Of a stretch of 43,864 nt of DNA, positions 1 to 15,463 are shown one piece after another. Under the pieces are notes generated by a model that had not been told where the DNA came from, did no database searches, and saw only the letters and a program-made list of their open reading frames with translations. The translations under genes were made by a program, and so were the position numbers. Position 1 is the stretch's first letter; each line of letters opens with the position of its first letter. The stretch comes from Geosiphon pyriformis uo1 (Eukaryota; Fungi; Glomeromycota): NCBI GenBank assembly GCA_016748015.1, contig JAAOMT010000478.1, forward strand, positions 1 to 43,864, in the 5' to 3' direction.

Positions 1-1857
1 GGTTGCGTGTTAGTCCAGTGAACAATTTTTTGGCTGGGATGGTGAAGATCTTTCTGGGCAATGAGCTTACTTTGGTGAACAACCTCCCCACTGCATTTTG
101 TAGTCCTGGTCGGTTCCCGTTGTCCTCTGTTCTTGGAAAGTCTCTGTATTTTGATTCGGTCAAATCTCTTAAACGTTTTGGTGTCGCTTTTGGTGATCGG
201 CTTTTTGATAAGAAAGGTGTTTTGTTGGATTGGAAAACTTTTCATTGTTGGAAGAGGTTGGATCCACATGGCCCTGTGCCTCACTGGTTCATGGTTTCTT
301 CTGAGTTTTTGAAAGGTCAGGGTTATTCATTTTCTGGTTCTGTTGGCTCTGCAGGTAAGCTTGGTTTGGACATTTTGGGGTCTGGGGAATTTTCTGCAGT
401 TAAAGATGGATTGCATGACATTTGGTCAGGCTTTTTTGAAGTTTTCACGGATGGGTCTTTGAAGAATGCAGGCTCTGCTGAGATCGCCTGTGGTGCTGCT
501 GCATACTTTCCGGTCTTGGATAAGAGCATTAGTGTCACTGTTCGTGGTCTTTTGTCTTCTACTATGGCCGAGTTACAGGCTGTCGCTTTGGCTTTGGAGT
601 GTGTTCCTTCTTCAAGTACTGTGGTGTTACATCTTGACAGCCAGGCTGCCATTAACACATGTGTGTCTGAGATGTCTTTGGTTGTCTCTGATTTCCGTAA
701 TCAATGCTGGCTGGAAAGGCGTCATATTTTTAATTTGGTCAGGGATAAGGATCTCAGCGTGAGTTGGGTTAAGGTGAAAGGACACTCTGGGATTCCTGGT
801 AATGTGAGAGCTGACTTGGCTGTTGGGGCTGCCTCTGGGTCTCTCTTTTCCCTTTGTGCTAATGTGCGTGAACATTTTTTGGTTGCTGAGAGTATTGCTG
901 TTTCTGGTAATGCCCGTCATTTTGTCAGGAATATTTTTCGATCAATTTGTTGTGCTCATTGGGAAGCTGGGCCTGGTTGTGATGTAGTTCTGGATGCGAT
1001 GATTGGTTGCATAGACTGGGTTGTCACGGCGAAGGTGTGGCATTCTGGTTCTCATATGCTTGCTGGGTTCACTAGCCGCGCATCCTCAACGCTTCGCACT
1101 TATGTTATAAAGGCTGTGCACAGGAGGTTGCCGGTGGCAGTAAGGAAGAGGTTGTATGATAAGTGCTACCCTAGTGTGTTGTGTTTGTTTTGCGGTAAGG
1201 TGGAGTTCTCTGACCACGTTTTTACTTGTGTTCATGAATCTGGCATTCGTGGTGAGATTTTGGTGAAGGCTTCTGTCTGTTGGTCAGCTTTGGCTGGTGG
1301 TTTCCCTGCTTCTGCTGTGTTGCGGGTTTTGTCTCAATGTTCCATTAATGTTGGGCTGTACACTTTGGTGTGCAAAGGGTTTGTGCTGGAGGAGTGGTAT
1401 GAGGAGGCTTGCGATGTTTTTGAGAATAGAAAAGTGGCCACTGCTCGGATTGTTGATTATGTTAGATTCGTTGTTGAATTACATCGTGCTAAAGTATGGT
1501 TGGCTAGAGCCAGCCACCAGGTGGTGATGGAGAAGGCTGGTCTGGTCTGTGATGTTGGTGTTGTTTCTGGGCTCCCTTGTGGTGTGTCTTCGGTTTTGTC
1601 TGATGGTATTGTGAGATTGCTTGGTTTGGCCAATTCCTTTGCTGTTAGCTTTGGTCGTCGGAAGCCTTATTGTTTCTTTTTTGGTCTGGGTGGCAGTGTG
1701 TGGGTAGTTATAGATGTGTAGTGTTGCCTTGTCTGGCCTAAGTGGCTAGCCACATGTAGAAAGTGCGTGAGTTGCATTTAGTTTGAGCCTCTTAGTTTGG
1801 TTCTATGTACTAGATAGCAATTGGACTGCACTCATTAAATGGGTTAATAAAAAAAAT
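1..1857 (+). mobile_element. 3' end of a non-LTR (LINE, L1-like with RNase H) retrotransposon: ORF2 C-terminus, 3' UTR and short A-tail
   Basis: RNase H and Cys/His zinc-binding region in ORF 3..1721. The 3' UTR (1722-1846) is homologous to that of the element at 31927-38653 and ends in an A-run at ~1849-1856. Confidence 0.9.
3..1721 (+). CDS. LINE ORF2 C-terminal part (RNase H plus zinc-binding domain), truncated by the window edge
   Basis: RNase H motifs FTDGS, AELQAV, LDSQAA and KVKGHSG..GNVRAD; CLFC..EFSDHVFTC; 572 codons without a stop. Confidence 0.85.
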   Translation: MRVSPVNNFLAGMVKIFLGNELTLVNNLPTAFCSPGRFPLSSVLGKSLYFDSVKSLKRFGVAFGDRLFDKKGVLLDWKTFHCWKRLDPHGPVPHWFMVSSEFLKGQGYSFSGSVGSAGKLGLDILGSGEFSAVKDGLHDIWSGFFEVFTDGSLKNAGSAEIACGAAAYFPVLDKSISVTVRGLLSSTMAELQAVALALECVPSSSTVVLHLDSQAAINTCVSEMSLVVSDFRNQCWLERRHIFNLVRDKDLSVSWVKVKGHSGIPGNVRADLAVGAASGSLFSLCANVREHFLVAESIAVSGNARHFVRNIFRSICCAHWEAGPGCDVVLDAMIGCIDWVVTAKVWHSGSHMLAGFTSRASSTLRTYVIKAVHRRLPVAVRKRLYDKCYPSVLCLFCGKVEFSDHVFTCVHESGIRGEILVKASVCWSALAGGFPASAVLRVLSQCSINVGLYTLVCKGFVLEEWYEEACDVFENRKVATARIVDYVRFVVELHRAKVWLARASHQVVMEKAGLVCDVGVVSGLPCGVSSVLSDGIVRLLGLANSFAVSFGRRKPYCFFFGLGGSVWVVIDV

Positions 1858-4790
1858 TTAAACATAATTAGTGAGTTTTTTAATATTATTAATATTGTAA
1901 TTATTTAAACAAAGTTATTATTATATTTATTAATATTAAAATTAAAGATATTTTATTAACCATTAGCAGCTTTTTAATTTTTGTTGTAAAGTTTAATAAG
2001 TTTTATAAATATTTAAAAAAAAATTTATAAATTTTTGATCTTTTTAAACTATATTTTAAAAAAACAAATAAGAATATTAAGTTTTTATATTATAATTTTA
2101 TGCAAAACTATTTAGATAAATAATTCTTATATTTGGTTTTTGTGGTATTTTAGTTTATTATAAATTATAAAATTCAGTTTAGTTTTATTAACAAAAATAT
2201 TTGTAATTAATAAAATTGTCTAATCAAAAAAATTTTTAGGTAAAAGACAAATTTGTTTTATAATTTTCTAAATAAAGTTTTATATTACTTATCTTTTTAT
2301 AATTTGAAGCTTTTTAAACAAGTTTAAACTAAAAAAAAATTATATTAATTATACTTTTTATTAATGCTTTTAGAATTTTAAACAAAATTTTCAAACACAA
2401 ACTTTTGAATTTACAAATATTTAGTTAGACTTTTTACAATCTGTTGTGTTTTTTTGTTAGGCTTAAGATTTTTTATTTAAATAATTTTTTGTTCTATAAA
2501 GTTTTTTTTATTGTTAACATAGTTAATCTTTTTTGGCTTAATAATATTTCTGTTTTAAATATTCTGAGTTATTTGGAGTATTTTAGAGTAGTTAAGTTTT
2601 TTAAGTATTTTAAAATAGTTTTTGCTAATTAATTTTTAAATAGTTATGATATATGTTTTTTATGAAAAAATTTTTGGTATTGAAAATATCTAGATTTTAA
2701 AAACTTTATTTTATCATGATTTTTTTTAGTTTTAAATTTTATTATTACTGGTAATTTTATTAAATTTTTTTTAAATAAGTGGTTTTTTTATTAATATAAA
2801 TGTATTAAATTTAAAGAAATTTGTTTCTATATATTTCAATTTAATAGAAACAGATGTATTAAATTTTACTGTTTTTATAAACAATTTAATAAAAAGTTTT
2901 AGTTTAATTTCTGTTAAAATAATATTATAACTTACTTAATAATTTAAAAAAGAAAATTAAAGTTAATATTTATGGTTTTTTATCTTTAATTTTAATTAAG
3001 TTATAAGTAATAATATTGACTTTTAAATATATACTGTTTTCTATTAGTGTTTTAATATATTTAAATTGTTAAATTGGTTTAAATACATATTAAACTAAGT
3101 TGATTTTGTTTATGCCAAACTTTTATAATTTTTATTGAATTAAGTATTATTATATTGTTAACATTATTAAAAATAAAAACATTTTAGTAAAATAAACAAA
3201 AATTAAAAGATATTTTAATATTTAAAATAATGATTATATTAAAAAATTAGCAAATAGTACCTTTTTTTTAAGTTTAAAATTATTTTTTAATATTAAAAAG
3301 CAATTTTTGATTATAAATAGCAATATTATTTTAAATAATACTTATTGTTTATTAAATTGTTAAATAACACAATTTGTTAAGTTTCTTAAAAAATAAATTC
3401 TGATATTAGTATTATTGATATTTTTTGCTAATAATATTAATTGAGCTATTATTTTAATATAATACTTTAATTTACATATAATTTTAGAGTATATTAGTAA
3501 AGTTTTAATATGTTTATATACTTATATGCTAAAAACTCTATATAATGAACTTCTTGTTATTATTAAAAAAAATTATATAACAAATATTATCTTAGTATAT
3601 TATATATAAACTACAATAAAGTAGAAACATTTAATTACAGCTTTATTTGTTGTTTTAATTTTCTTGTTTATGTAAGTTTATTAGCTAATAAAACAAAATT
3701 TTGAAAGTCTTTAATTAGAACTAATTTGGTTATTTTAATTGTTCTTTAATTTTTAGTTTTTAATACCAATAATATTAGTTTTTATATAATTTTATACAGA
3801 AGTTTTATGTTTAATTTATAAATAATTAAAACCAAGTTTGTTTTTATTAATAAACTGGTTTTGTTATACTTAATTAATTTTATTCAAAATTTAATAATTA
3901 GTTATAGAAAAAAAGTATGGTTATTTAATTTTATGTATTATGCTTTTATAGAAAAAAAAAATTTTGTCTGATATTAAATCAAGTATGTTATTTGTTTAAA
4001 GTTTTTTAATTCTTATTTTCAAAAGAATAATATATTTGTTAAATATAGTTAAAAGTCATATAGTTAATTTTGGTTTTAAAGTTAAGTGTTTATTTTTTAC
4101 TAATATTAATTTTAATGTTTTTGTTAATATAGCTATTTAGTATTATTTTAATTAACTAAGTAACTGATTACATATAATAAGCATATAAATTATATTTAAT
4201 TTAAAATTCAAAGCAGTTATATTGTATTAAATAGTAATAAATAAATAAATAAATAAAAATTAGTTTGTATTTATTTTATACTTGATTATTTAATTTCTAT
4301 TATAATTCAGACTTTTATAAAAAACATAACTTAATATAATATATATAAATATAAATATGTTCATAATTTTGTAAATAAAATTCACAAAAAAAACAGTTTT
4401 ATAATTTATACAAATGTTTAATATTATTATTATCTTATTTTTTAATATAAGCCAAATAAAAAAAAGATCCAAAAATAAAAAATTGATTTTAAAACAATTC
4501 AAAAGATAATAATATAAATATATTTAAAATTTAAAAACTTTTATCAAAAACTAAAAATAAGAAAAAAAAGTTTTATTATTATTATAAATATAACTTAAAT
4601 ATTAATAAGAATATTAACAATATATATGATATTTTTTTTTAAAAAAAAATGAAATTTATTATGACTTTTATTATATAAAAAAGATACAACTAAAACTAAT
4701 AACAATAATAAAAATAATAATAACAATGCTGAAATGAAATAAGATTAACAAGCACTTAAAACATACAGTTAAATGAACACTTAAAGAATT
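1858..4790. other. AT desert, probably hypermutated repeat relic
   Basis: Very low GC, CpG essentially absent, no credible ORFs; composition changes near the gene island. Confidence 0.7.
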
Positions 4791-5277
4791 TTTTTTAAGC
4801 TTTGTTGGATGAAGCTGTCCTTTGTAACACCAATTAAATGATAAATTATGTTGGCTAATAATAGCCAATATTGTCTATTATTGTATAACTCAATCCATCT
4901 GAAAATTTTTAAACTGTTACTAAACTTAGAATTCGCAGACTAATCTTTATCAATCACTTAAAAGCTTGAAAAGAACTGACATTTTGATGAAATTAATTGA
5001 TCAGACAAAATTAAATTGGACACGAGACATCAAGCAAAATTTGTGAAAAACCCAGCTTTAGGATCTATTTATCAAAAATCTATTAAAACCTTTTAATGAT
5101 CTGTAAAAAAAATTTCAGTACAATTAGAGTACAAATATTAAATGTATATAATTAAATAATGTCCTCTTTAATTATGAATTAATATAGAAACCCATAGTTA
5201 GATATTAAAATCTTCCAACACGAAAGGCTCAAACCCTCCAATTAGCATAATCTTGTAATGATGTTAAAACATTATAA

Positions 5278-6011
5278 TCATTCATCTTTCTTTGCAGCTT
5301 TCTTTGCTTTTTTGATCGATGCCTTGTCCGTTTGCGGTTGTGAATCGGTGAATGCGCCAAAGGGACTGACGTTTTTAAATGGCCGCTTTAATTCACCTTC
5401 AGGCTTCTTTCTAAAGAGATGAATTTGAATGATGTTGCTCAGAATTGCGTTTTTGACAGGAAGAACTGTCTGGATGAACAGTGGTTGGGTGAAGTTGAAG
5501 TAAATATGTAGAACAGCCATGATTCCGACGCCTATCAAAGTTTGTTTAACTAGTTCATTTAATTTCTCCAAATCATAGTCGCGGAAAGTCGTTTTAACCA
5601 GCTTCTCTGGCTCTGAGGTGAAAGGTTTACTTGGCTCAATATATTCAAACGTCGTCATATCTATATAAAAAAACCAGAACTTTTAATCAAGATTCTAATG
5701 ATTGATAAAATGACAAGGTATCAGTACCGTTTGTTGCGTTTATCTTCAAATAGACGTAATAATATATGGCCAAAATCAATAATTGTGCGCTAGCATAAGC
5801 AAGGCGAACATATAAAAGTACGTCAGGGTTTTCAACATCAAACTTGCGACCAAGTTGAATACTGAAAAACACGAGGGCAAGGTTTGCAATCTACCATTCA
5901 AAAGAACGTTAGCCCTTTTGAGTTTTCAATTCTGATCAAGACATTACTAAATGATTATTAAATATACTGAAAAACAAGTTAAAAGAATAAATATTATACC
6001 TGTTGATTCAT
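5278..6011 (-). CDS. PHO88: Pho88/Snd3 ER membrane protein (SRP-independent targeting), 3 exons
   Basis: Exons 6011-6000 (MNQQ), 5890-5729 and 5660-5278 with GT-AG introns; motifs TTFRDYDLEKL, MAVLHIYFNFTQPLFIQ and ELKRPFK. Confidence 0.9.
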
Positions 6012-6474
6012 TTTGTACTCAAAGAAGAAAGTTACCTGTTGAAGGGGAAAAAAGTAAATCGATTGTATTTCTTAATCATAAAATAAGCTACGTGGCAAAA
6101 AAGACCTATCGGTCGGGGTTTAGATCTTCATTGTTGATCTGCTGAATAATTGTAACAATCTTCACATGTTATGCAATTTTAATGCTTTTGACCCTTTATT
6201 AAAGCAAAGATGCAAAATTTTTTTTGATAGATCTATATCCAAAAATAAAGTATAATAAAACAATAAAACTCTATAAATATTAAAATGGTCCAAAAAAAAC
6301 ATTCATAATGATCGTGCATGTGGATCATAAAAATTATCATGATTGAAGATTATACAAAACAAATCGTCTATCAAATACACACCAAAATAACTTTTAGGTA
6401 AGCGAAATAAATGTTTGACATCACCATTTAAGACCCTCCACCTTATACCCAAAGGAAGATTTTAAACAAGTTGT

Positions 6475-9400
6475 TCAGCAATATATTTTAATTACAGAAT
6501 CAGCACCACCGCTTGCCAGCCAAGGAAGGGTTGGGTGATATTGAACACACATTACACCTTCATCAGATTTTCGCCGATGTGAACCAAATTCTTGGATGCA
6601 AGTGTGTGTATTGAAAATGTCCCATAGACGAACGGAAGAATCATGACCTATTCCCATAAATTCAAATATCAGGTTAGATTCGATCTATTATTCATTTTTA
6701 AACAATCTAAAATATTTCCAGTACCTCCTGATATCAAAATCATTCCCGAAGGGTCAACATCAAGCGTTGTCACGGAATCCAGATGGGCAAGCATTGAAAA
6801 AGTGGGTTGCCCTAATATAAGAAATTAATATAGGACAAGAATAATTTATTTCCAAGAAATTATAAATTCTATCAAAAATTTTACCTGTATTTATATCAAA
6901 GAATCTTATGTATTGATCCTCATGTGCAGAAAATATTAAGGGGAGAGTTGGATGAGTTATGATTCTATTAATTTGTGTCCCAGGAGTATGGTCATAAGTT
7001 TCATCACTCTTGAATTCCACAACACACTGTCCAGTTTCAATATCAAACATTTTGATGATTGAATTTCGATAAGAAACAGCAATTCTTTTCAAGTCTGTGT
7101 GGACAAAGTCAACTGAGGTTGGTATAGGTGGTCGGCCTTCATAAAAAAGATGAAAATTTTCATAAAATTTCTCGAGGCACATCCAATAAGCAATAATATA
7201 TAAAACCATTTTAACATACCTTCACCGTTAACTAATTTCCCGCTATTGGAGCCGTAATAGCTCCAAGAGGTTTTTAAAGCAGACCCTTCTATATTTGTAT
7301 CCCAAATCTTTACCGTACCATCAGCTGATGCTGATGCCAATAGTTGAGTATTTAAGTTTCTTAATGGAAACAACCTTATATCCCAAATGGCGTCGGAATG
7401 ACCAATGTATGTATTCAAATTTAAGGAAGTGTCTGAATCATAAAAGTTTTAGAAAATTATGAAAAAGATTGTAACAAAATGAAACATCGAAAATCCAGTT
7501 TATAGATAGGCAATATAATTACCGACAGGAGCGTAAATCTCACGTTTAGGCGAAGGCAAATTCCATACGCGAATCGTTGCATCTACACTAGCTGAGTAGC
7601 ATCTTCGCTGTTCCGAGGCCAATATAACCGAACTGACAGCTCCCACATGCCCTCTATAAGTGATAGATGGCTCAATGTCTTGTATGGGTGTAGGCCTTTC
7701 AAAAAATGGCATTATAAGTAGACTTCCATATATAAATTTGGTTATATATTGTGCAGATTAAAGCAATTCATACTTTTGAGATATTGGAGTCTTTAAATCC
7801 CATAATTTCACGGTTCCATCTTCAGAGCCCGAAACAACCACAAGCTCAGTTTGATTCCAACAGAGAGATCTTACTGTATCAAGATGGCTAAAAGCAAAAT
7901 ATTCACTATTTATTTATGTATTGGTTAAAATAGTTTTGAAACAAAAGCTCACCTCCTTAAGGTAAATCTCGGCCGCCACATCTTTTGTTCGGTACCATTT
8001 TGGTGAAATTTATCGGCCTATTAAGCGAAAATATTAAATATTTAATGTTAAATAATGTCTATAGGTCAGAATGTGCTTTCAACAAATTGTTACCTCAACT
8101 TTTTGTGTATTTTCATCTTCTTCGACGGTAAAACTAACGTTGGAAAGTTCATCTAACTGAGGATCTGACCCATTGTTATTTGCTATTAAATGTGGCAGTT
8201 CAAGAAGGTAGGTTATATAGAGCATATATCTCAGCAATTATTCTGAACAAACGAACCCATAATTTCTTGGCTCCTTCGTTTTTTTGCATTTTTCATAAAC
8301 TTCATGACTTTGCCTTCTGAAAGGTTGAACTTTTTTTGCACATCTTTTGTCTATTTTGAAAAAGGTTTTATCTCGCGCTTTGTCAGTGAAAGGAAAATAA
8401 AACAAAATGGGCTTAACATACCAGCTGCTCTTCCTCTTCCTTGATCTCTTCAGCACTTTTGCGATGACCAGTTTTATTAACTGGTCGTCCCTGGGTTATT
8501 TTTGTTTTCGATTCTTCTGGGGATCTCGGTTTTAATAATACTCTGGATTCTTCCTTACTATAATCTTCATCCCCTTGCCCATTGGTCGGTGATGATTGGT
8601 TTACACCATTTTTTTTAGTTAATGAAGAGCTTGAAGATAATAATACAAAATTGTTCCTGTGTTCATAGTTCGGAGAATCAGGCGAGGAACGTTCCTCCTC
8701 TGGATATTTTGTCTCATCTTGAACTTTTGAATCAATAAATAGAGAATTATCGACATTTTCGGTTATGATAGTTGAATTTTCACTTTGAGATACATTTTGA
8801 TCTAACACGAGATTCAAATTATCTCCAGGTGATATTGATGAAGCAGTAGTTGGCTTGGATGGTCGTTTTATTAAAGTGTTGTCTGTTAATTTTCGTTGAT
8901 CTCCTAGATTGCTTATCTCTGGAGTAGTTCCAACGAATACTGTGTTAGATTTATTGTTTCTCCGTACTAAATTAGTCGGTTCCAGAGGTGTTGGGGGAAT
9001 ATTAGATCTAGCCTCATTCAATCCACCATTTGTGACAGCATTTGTAAGATAATCAATTTCTTGCATACATCTAAAAGAAATTGAATCTTATTAATAACTT
9101 TATATGATAAAATCAAGAAGCAACCCGAATCAAAACCCTTGCTGTCGAGATCCATACGCTTTTAGAAGTTCACGACTTTTACCGCGATTTTTAGGGTCCC
9201 TTGTTGTAGCTATATTTATATTTTTAGTGGACCCCGTGCCTGATATTACGGGTAAGATAGATCCTGACTCACCGACTGCTTGAAGACTAAATGTTGTAGC
9301 TATTCACAATAACAAATAATTAACAGGAAGTAGGAAAAGATTTTAAATCACACGAGCTTCAGAAAAAATGTCTGATCACATCATAAGACTTACAAAAATC

Positions 9401-10025
9401 ACCAAAATCCTAACTTACGTCCATCTTCGCTAGTTGTCGATTCTCCTACTATCGATTTTGTGTTTAAGGTATTAGATGCCGAAGCTAAATATTTGCTCCT
9501 GAGAATCATGAAAACTTTTTTTATAAAAAACCTTTAATTCATCAAACAAAAAAATTGTATGACGAATGATCTCGCCTTACCTCTCTTGTCTTAAAGCGTA
9601 CTCGAGCATTTTAACTCTTCTCATTAAATCAGTTTTCATATTTTCAATACCCCGGCGTTCACCTTCTAATAAAGCAATGCGAGCCTTGAAAATATATTTA
9701 AAAAATCAACGATTTTCAATAATTATAAATTTAATATCACAATTCGAAATTGCGGAAAAGGGAAAATTTCTTCGGGAAAAGACAAGATTAGCTACGATTT
9801 GATCGGTTACTTTTAAATTTCGCACTCGAAATTAATAGTGTAAAAGACATAGTTTTTTGAGCAAAGCAACACGCTTACTTTCATCTCTGCTCGCTCAATT
9901 TCCCATTCATTTCTGTCCCGCTCGTAACGACGCCATTCAGACTGTAGAAAATGAAGAACTCCTGGGAGAGTGTATTCTGGTGGCTGAGGGGGTTGTGTTT
10001 GCTGTTGCCCATATGTCTGTGCCAT
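6475..10025 (-). CDS. Striatin (STRIPAK scaffold; Far8/PRO11 family), multi-exon
   Basis: N-terminal [32 protein letters not shown]|[35 protein letters not shown]; C-terminal WD40 repeats ending [14 protein letters not shown]; traced introns are GT-AG. Confidence 0.93.
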
Positions 10026-10443
10026 TCCAGATTAGATGAAGTTCCACAAAATGAAGTCGGAATAGATCAGTCGAAAGGAAACTGAAATCAAAGTGGATGA
10101 TGATCTGACAACGAGGAGAAAAGGTGTTGGGAGAATCGCAAGTGGTCAAGCGAGATTTAAATGGAAAAATACAAGGAGCCTCAGAATTTCGCGCAAAACC
10201 ATAAGAAATTGTGAAAAAACTTTCAAGATCTACGAAGTTGTGGTTTGGTTTGCGGAGTGAATTGCATCGAGGAGTTATGGTTTTGTGTAGATTTTAGCCA
10301 ACATTTGTTTATACCAGATGCCACGCTACGTCATCCACTTGACACATGTATTTTGTACTTTTGATTATCGAAAATTTTAAAACTCGCCTCCGGTTAAATA
10401 CTTCGGCTTAACAGCAAATTCTGTTTTCTTTTAAACAACAGAT

Positions 10444-12547
<2,104 letters not shown>

Positions 12548-12731
12548 TAAATTCATTCGTGTTTGAAGTTTATATGAAGTCCCGAGATATGCGAGGAAAT
12601 GAATTCAAGGTAGATATCCTATAGGAACATTCGTGTTTATTTTTTATTGATATTAAACTAATAATTCCAAGACACACAATATAGCGTGGATCAAGCGGCT
12701 TATTTTTCAGAGTATGACAATCAATCGATCT

Positions 12732-13730
12732 TTATTCATCGTCCTCCTCCTCTTCACCTTTGAAAAGAATTTCAAGTATGATTAATATTGTAGTTTCAAA
12801 ATGTCAGAAATCTTCAGCATCCATACCTTTAGCAGGTTGTCGTTGACGTTTTCTCTTGACGCGACCAGGACGACCACCACCTTTAAAAAAATGAAGAGAT
12901 CAATTAATAATGTATGAAACAAATACAGAAAAAGTTATCGAATTCAAAACGATACCGTAAGGTGAGGTTAGGGCGAAGTCAATATGCTTTTGGGAATCGA
13001 GACTATTGTGAAATGTTTAAGTGTTATATTAGATATAATCAAATTTATTGCATTTTTAAAAAGAGTTAATGAAAATTTTATTTCTCTAAATACCGAACAA
13101 TGAAACTTGGGATGTTAACGATTTGCTTGCCGACTCTAAATTCCGTGGTTGGCGTTATTTCTGGTTAATATCAATGGATTATAAAATCAAAAAATAATCC
13201 AATAAACCTAAATACCGAATATGGCGTTGTCTGATCAGAACACGAGCATGATGAATTGATTTCGCGAGACCCGATTTGAAAACTTGAGTTTGTAACCGTC
13301 TTTCCAAGAAATCTTCAATTTTTAAAGCCAAAACATAATCGAGTTTCATCTTAGCTTCATCCAATACTCCAATTCTCACAAGTCTTCTAATAAGCGCATT
13401 GCCCTCGAAAAGACGGCGAGGATCTTTATCATCCAAAGTGAGCAGCTCACGAGCTGCACGGCGAATATTGGATAAGGTATAAGCAACCCGCCAGATTTCA
13501 CGCTTATTTCGAAGACCATATTCTCCAATAAGTGTTAACTCTTGATCAATTCGCTCTTTTTCAAATGGGCGACGGGGAACCTTGTAAGTTTTGGAGCCTG
13601 CAGCAAACCAAAGGAAAATTTTCAAAAAATGGAGGGTGTCATCACTCCTTTATTTTTTTATTAAATTGCATGATATTCAATCCTCTCGAGGTTAACTTTC
13701 TTAAAACATACACTTTGTACCTCCTGGCAT
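12732..13730 (-). CDS. RPS9: 40S ribosomal protein S9 (uS4), 6 exons
   Basis: MPGGTK(C)[12 protein letters not shown]...[12 protein letters not shown]...[45 protein letters not shown]...[11 protein letters not shown]. Confidence 0.96.
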
Positions 13731-14059
13731 TTTTCAAACGTCAACGGGATCTAAAAAAAAGTAAGGGTTCCGGGCAAACAAAAAGAAATTTAATTTGGGG
13801 AAAATTCATCCTTATAAAAAATTTTTCATTGACATGTGACAATACACCAATGGGATCGAGAATCGTAGATTGAAGTATTTGAAGAAAATTATTCTCGAAT
13901 TTTGAACTGTCCAAGTTTTTATCTTGTTAATTCAAGCGAAAGGTATATATCTTCTCTTCTAAGTTTATTACCAACCTTTCATGAATTTAATTTTGAGGCT
14001 AGAGACCTAGTGCACTGAAATTTCTCTTGTCTTTTTTTTATTTTAAGTAGAATAAAAAC

Positions 14060-14715
14060 ATGCCACACTCATATGGTATCCGTGCCCGTACGAGGCATAT
14101 GTTTGCACGTAGATTTCGTGAAAAGGGATCCATCAGACTTTCCACTTACCTTAAAATTTACAAAGTTGGTGATATAGTCGACATTAAGGCTAACGGAGCC
14201 GTTCAAAAAGGAATGCCCCATAAATTCTATCATGGGTGAGTGGAGGCATAATACTCAACTGAGCAAATCCCATGATCTATCATATATGATTGAAATCTTC
14301 CATTTCTTTCGTTTGATTTAGTCGTACGGGCATTATTTACAACGTAACTAAATCCGCCGTTGGTGTGATTATCAATAAGCGCGTTGGTAATCGCTTTCTT
14401 GAGAAAAGAGTTAATGTCCGAGTTGAGCACATAAAGCACTCTAAATGTAGAGATGATTTTTTGCGTCGTGTTAAAGAAAATGCCCGCCTGAAACATGAGG
14501 CTAGAGCGAAAGGAGGTTGTGTATTCAAGAAAATTTTTTAAAAATATAACGCTTTTGCATTCTGTTCTAACACTTTGATGCTGTAATTATTTAATGAATC
14601 AGAGAAGGTTAACCTTAAGCGACAACCTGAATTGCCGCGAACTGCTCGATTTGTTTCAACGGCGAAAAATATCCCCGAGACTATCGCACCAATCGCCTAT
14701 GACACCCTTATCTAG
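14060..14715 (+). CDS. RPL21: 60S ribosomal protein L21 (eL21), 3 exons
   Basis: [15 protein letters not shown]...[29 protein letters not shown]...[16 protein letters not shown]...PIAYDTLI*. Confidence 0.96.
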
Positions 14716-15463
14716 ATGCCGTATAGGATGCTAAAATATGATTTATTGGATTTATTATTTGTTAAGGGAAATCAAAACCAAGAATCCTTTCTTTGCTTTT
14801 GCAGATGAATAATAATCTGGCTTGACTTGCAGACATTGAATAATTTTTTTTGACCAATTCCAAAAGAATAGACCAAATGGCTTAATTTTTAATGAAGGTT
14901 CCTGAATAATCCTTGTGAAAGAATCGACTTGAGTTCTTATTTCCCTTCACACCAGAGATCCAAATTTTGAGGCTTATCAATGAAAAAATTGTTGGCTAAG
15001 TTTTATAATAGACATACGCTAAGGGAATAGTAATCAATTTATAAATTTGGTTAAGATGGCACTACGTTGTAAAAGTAGAACTTGGAATTCTATTTGTAGC
15101 AAATAACAGAGCCTCCCAGCTTTTAAGCTAATCATCTAATAACTAAAACTAGAAGGCTGATAATAAAACTTTCTGATTTCAAAGACTAATATCAGATAAG
15201 TTGATTAGAAGCAACTTAGTCAAGTGGTAAAAATTATGTCACGATAGTATCTTTTTTTTCTTCGACTTTCTGTACACCTAATACCTCTGGTTTGACATAT
15301 TTCTAATAGATAATCTTCGTCAAAATTATCCACGGCTCTTAATGCATTTTGATCTGTTATTCCAAGTTCTGTTCGATCCAGCTCACGTGAAACATCAGAT
15401 AAAGGGAGTATAAAGAAACATTGACCGCGTAAGATTTTAATTTACCTTCATAAACACCAGAAA

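Noticed and set aside
2444-4868. ORFs 2444-2632, 4290-4502 and 4671-4868
   Set aside because: F/I/L/N/K-rich products expected by chance in AT-desert DNA; no motifs.
14716-15463. Possible small gene between RPL21 and the KH gene
   Set aside because: No convincing spliced ORF or RNA motif was found by eye on either strand.
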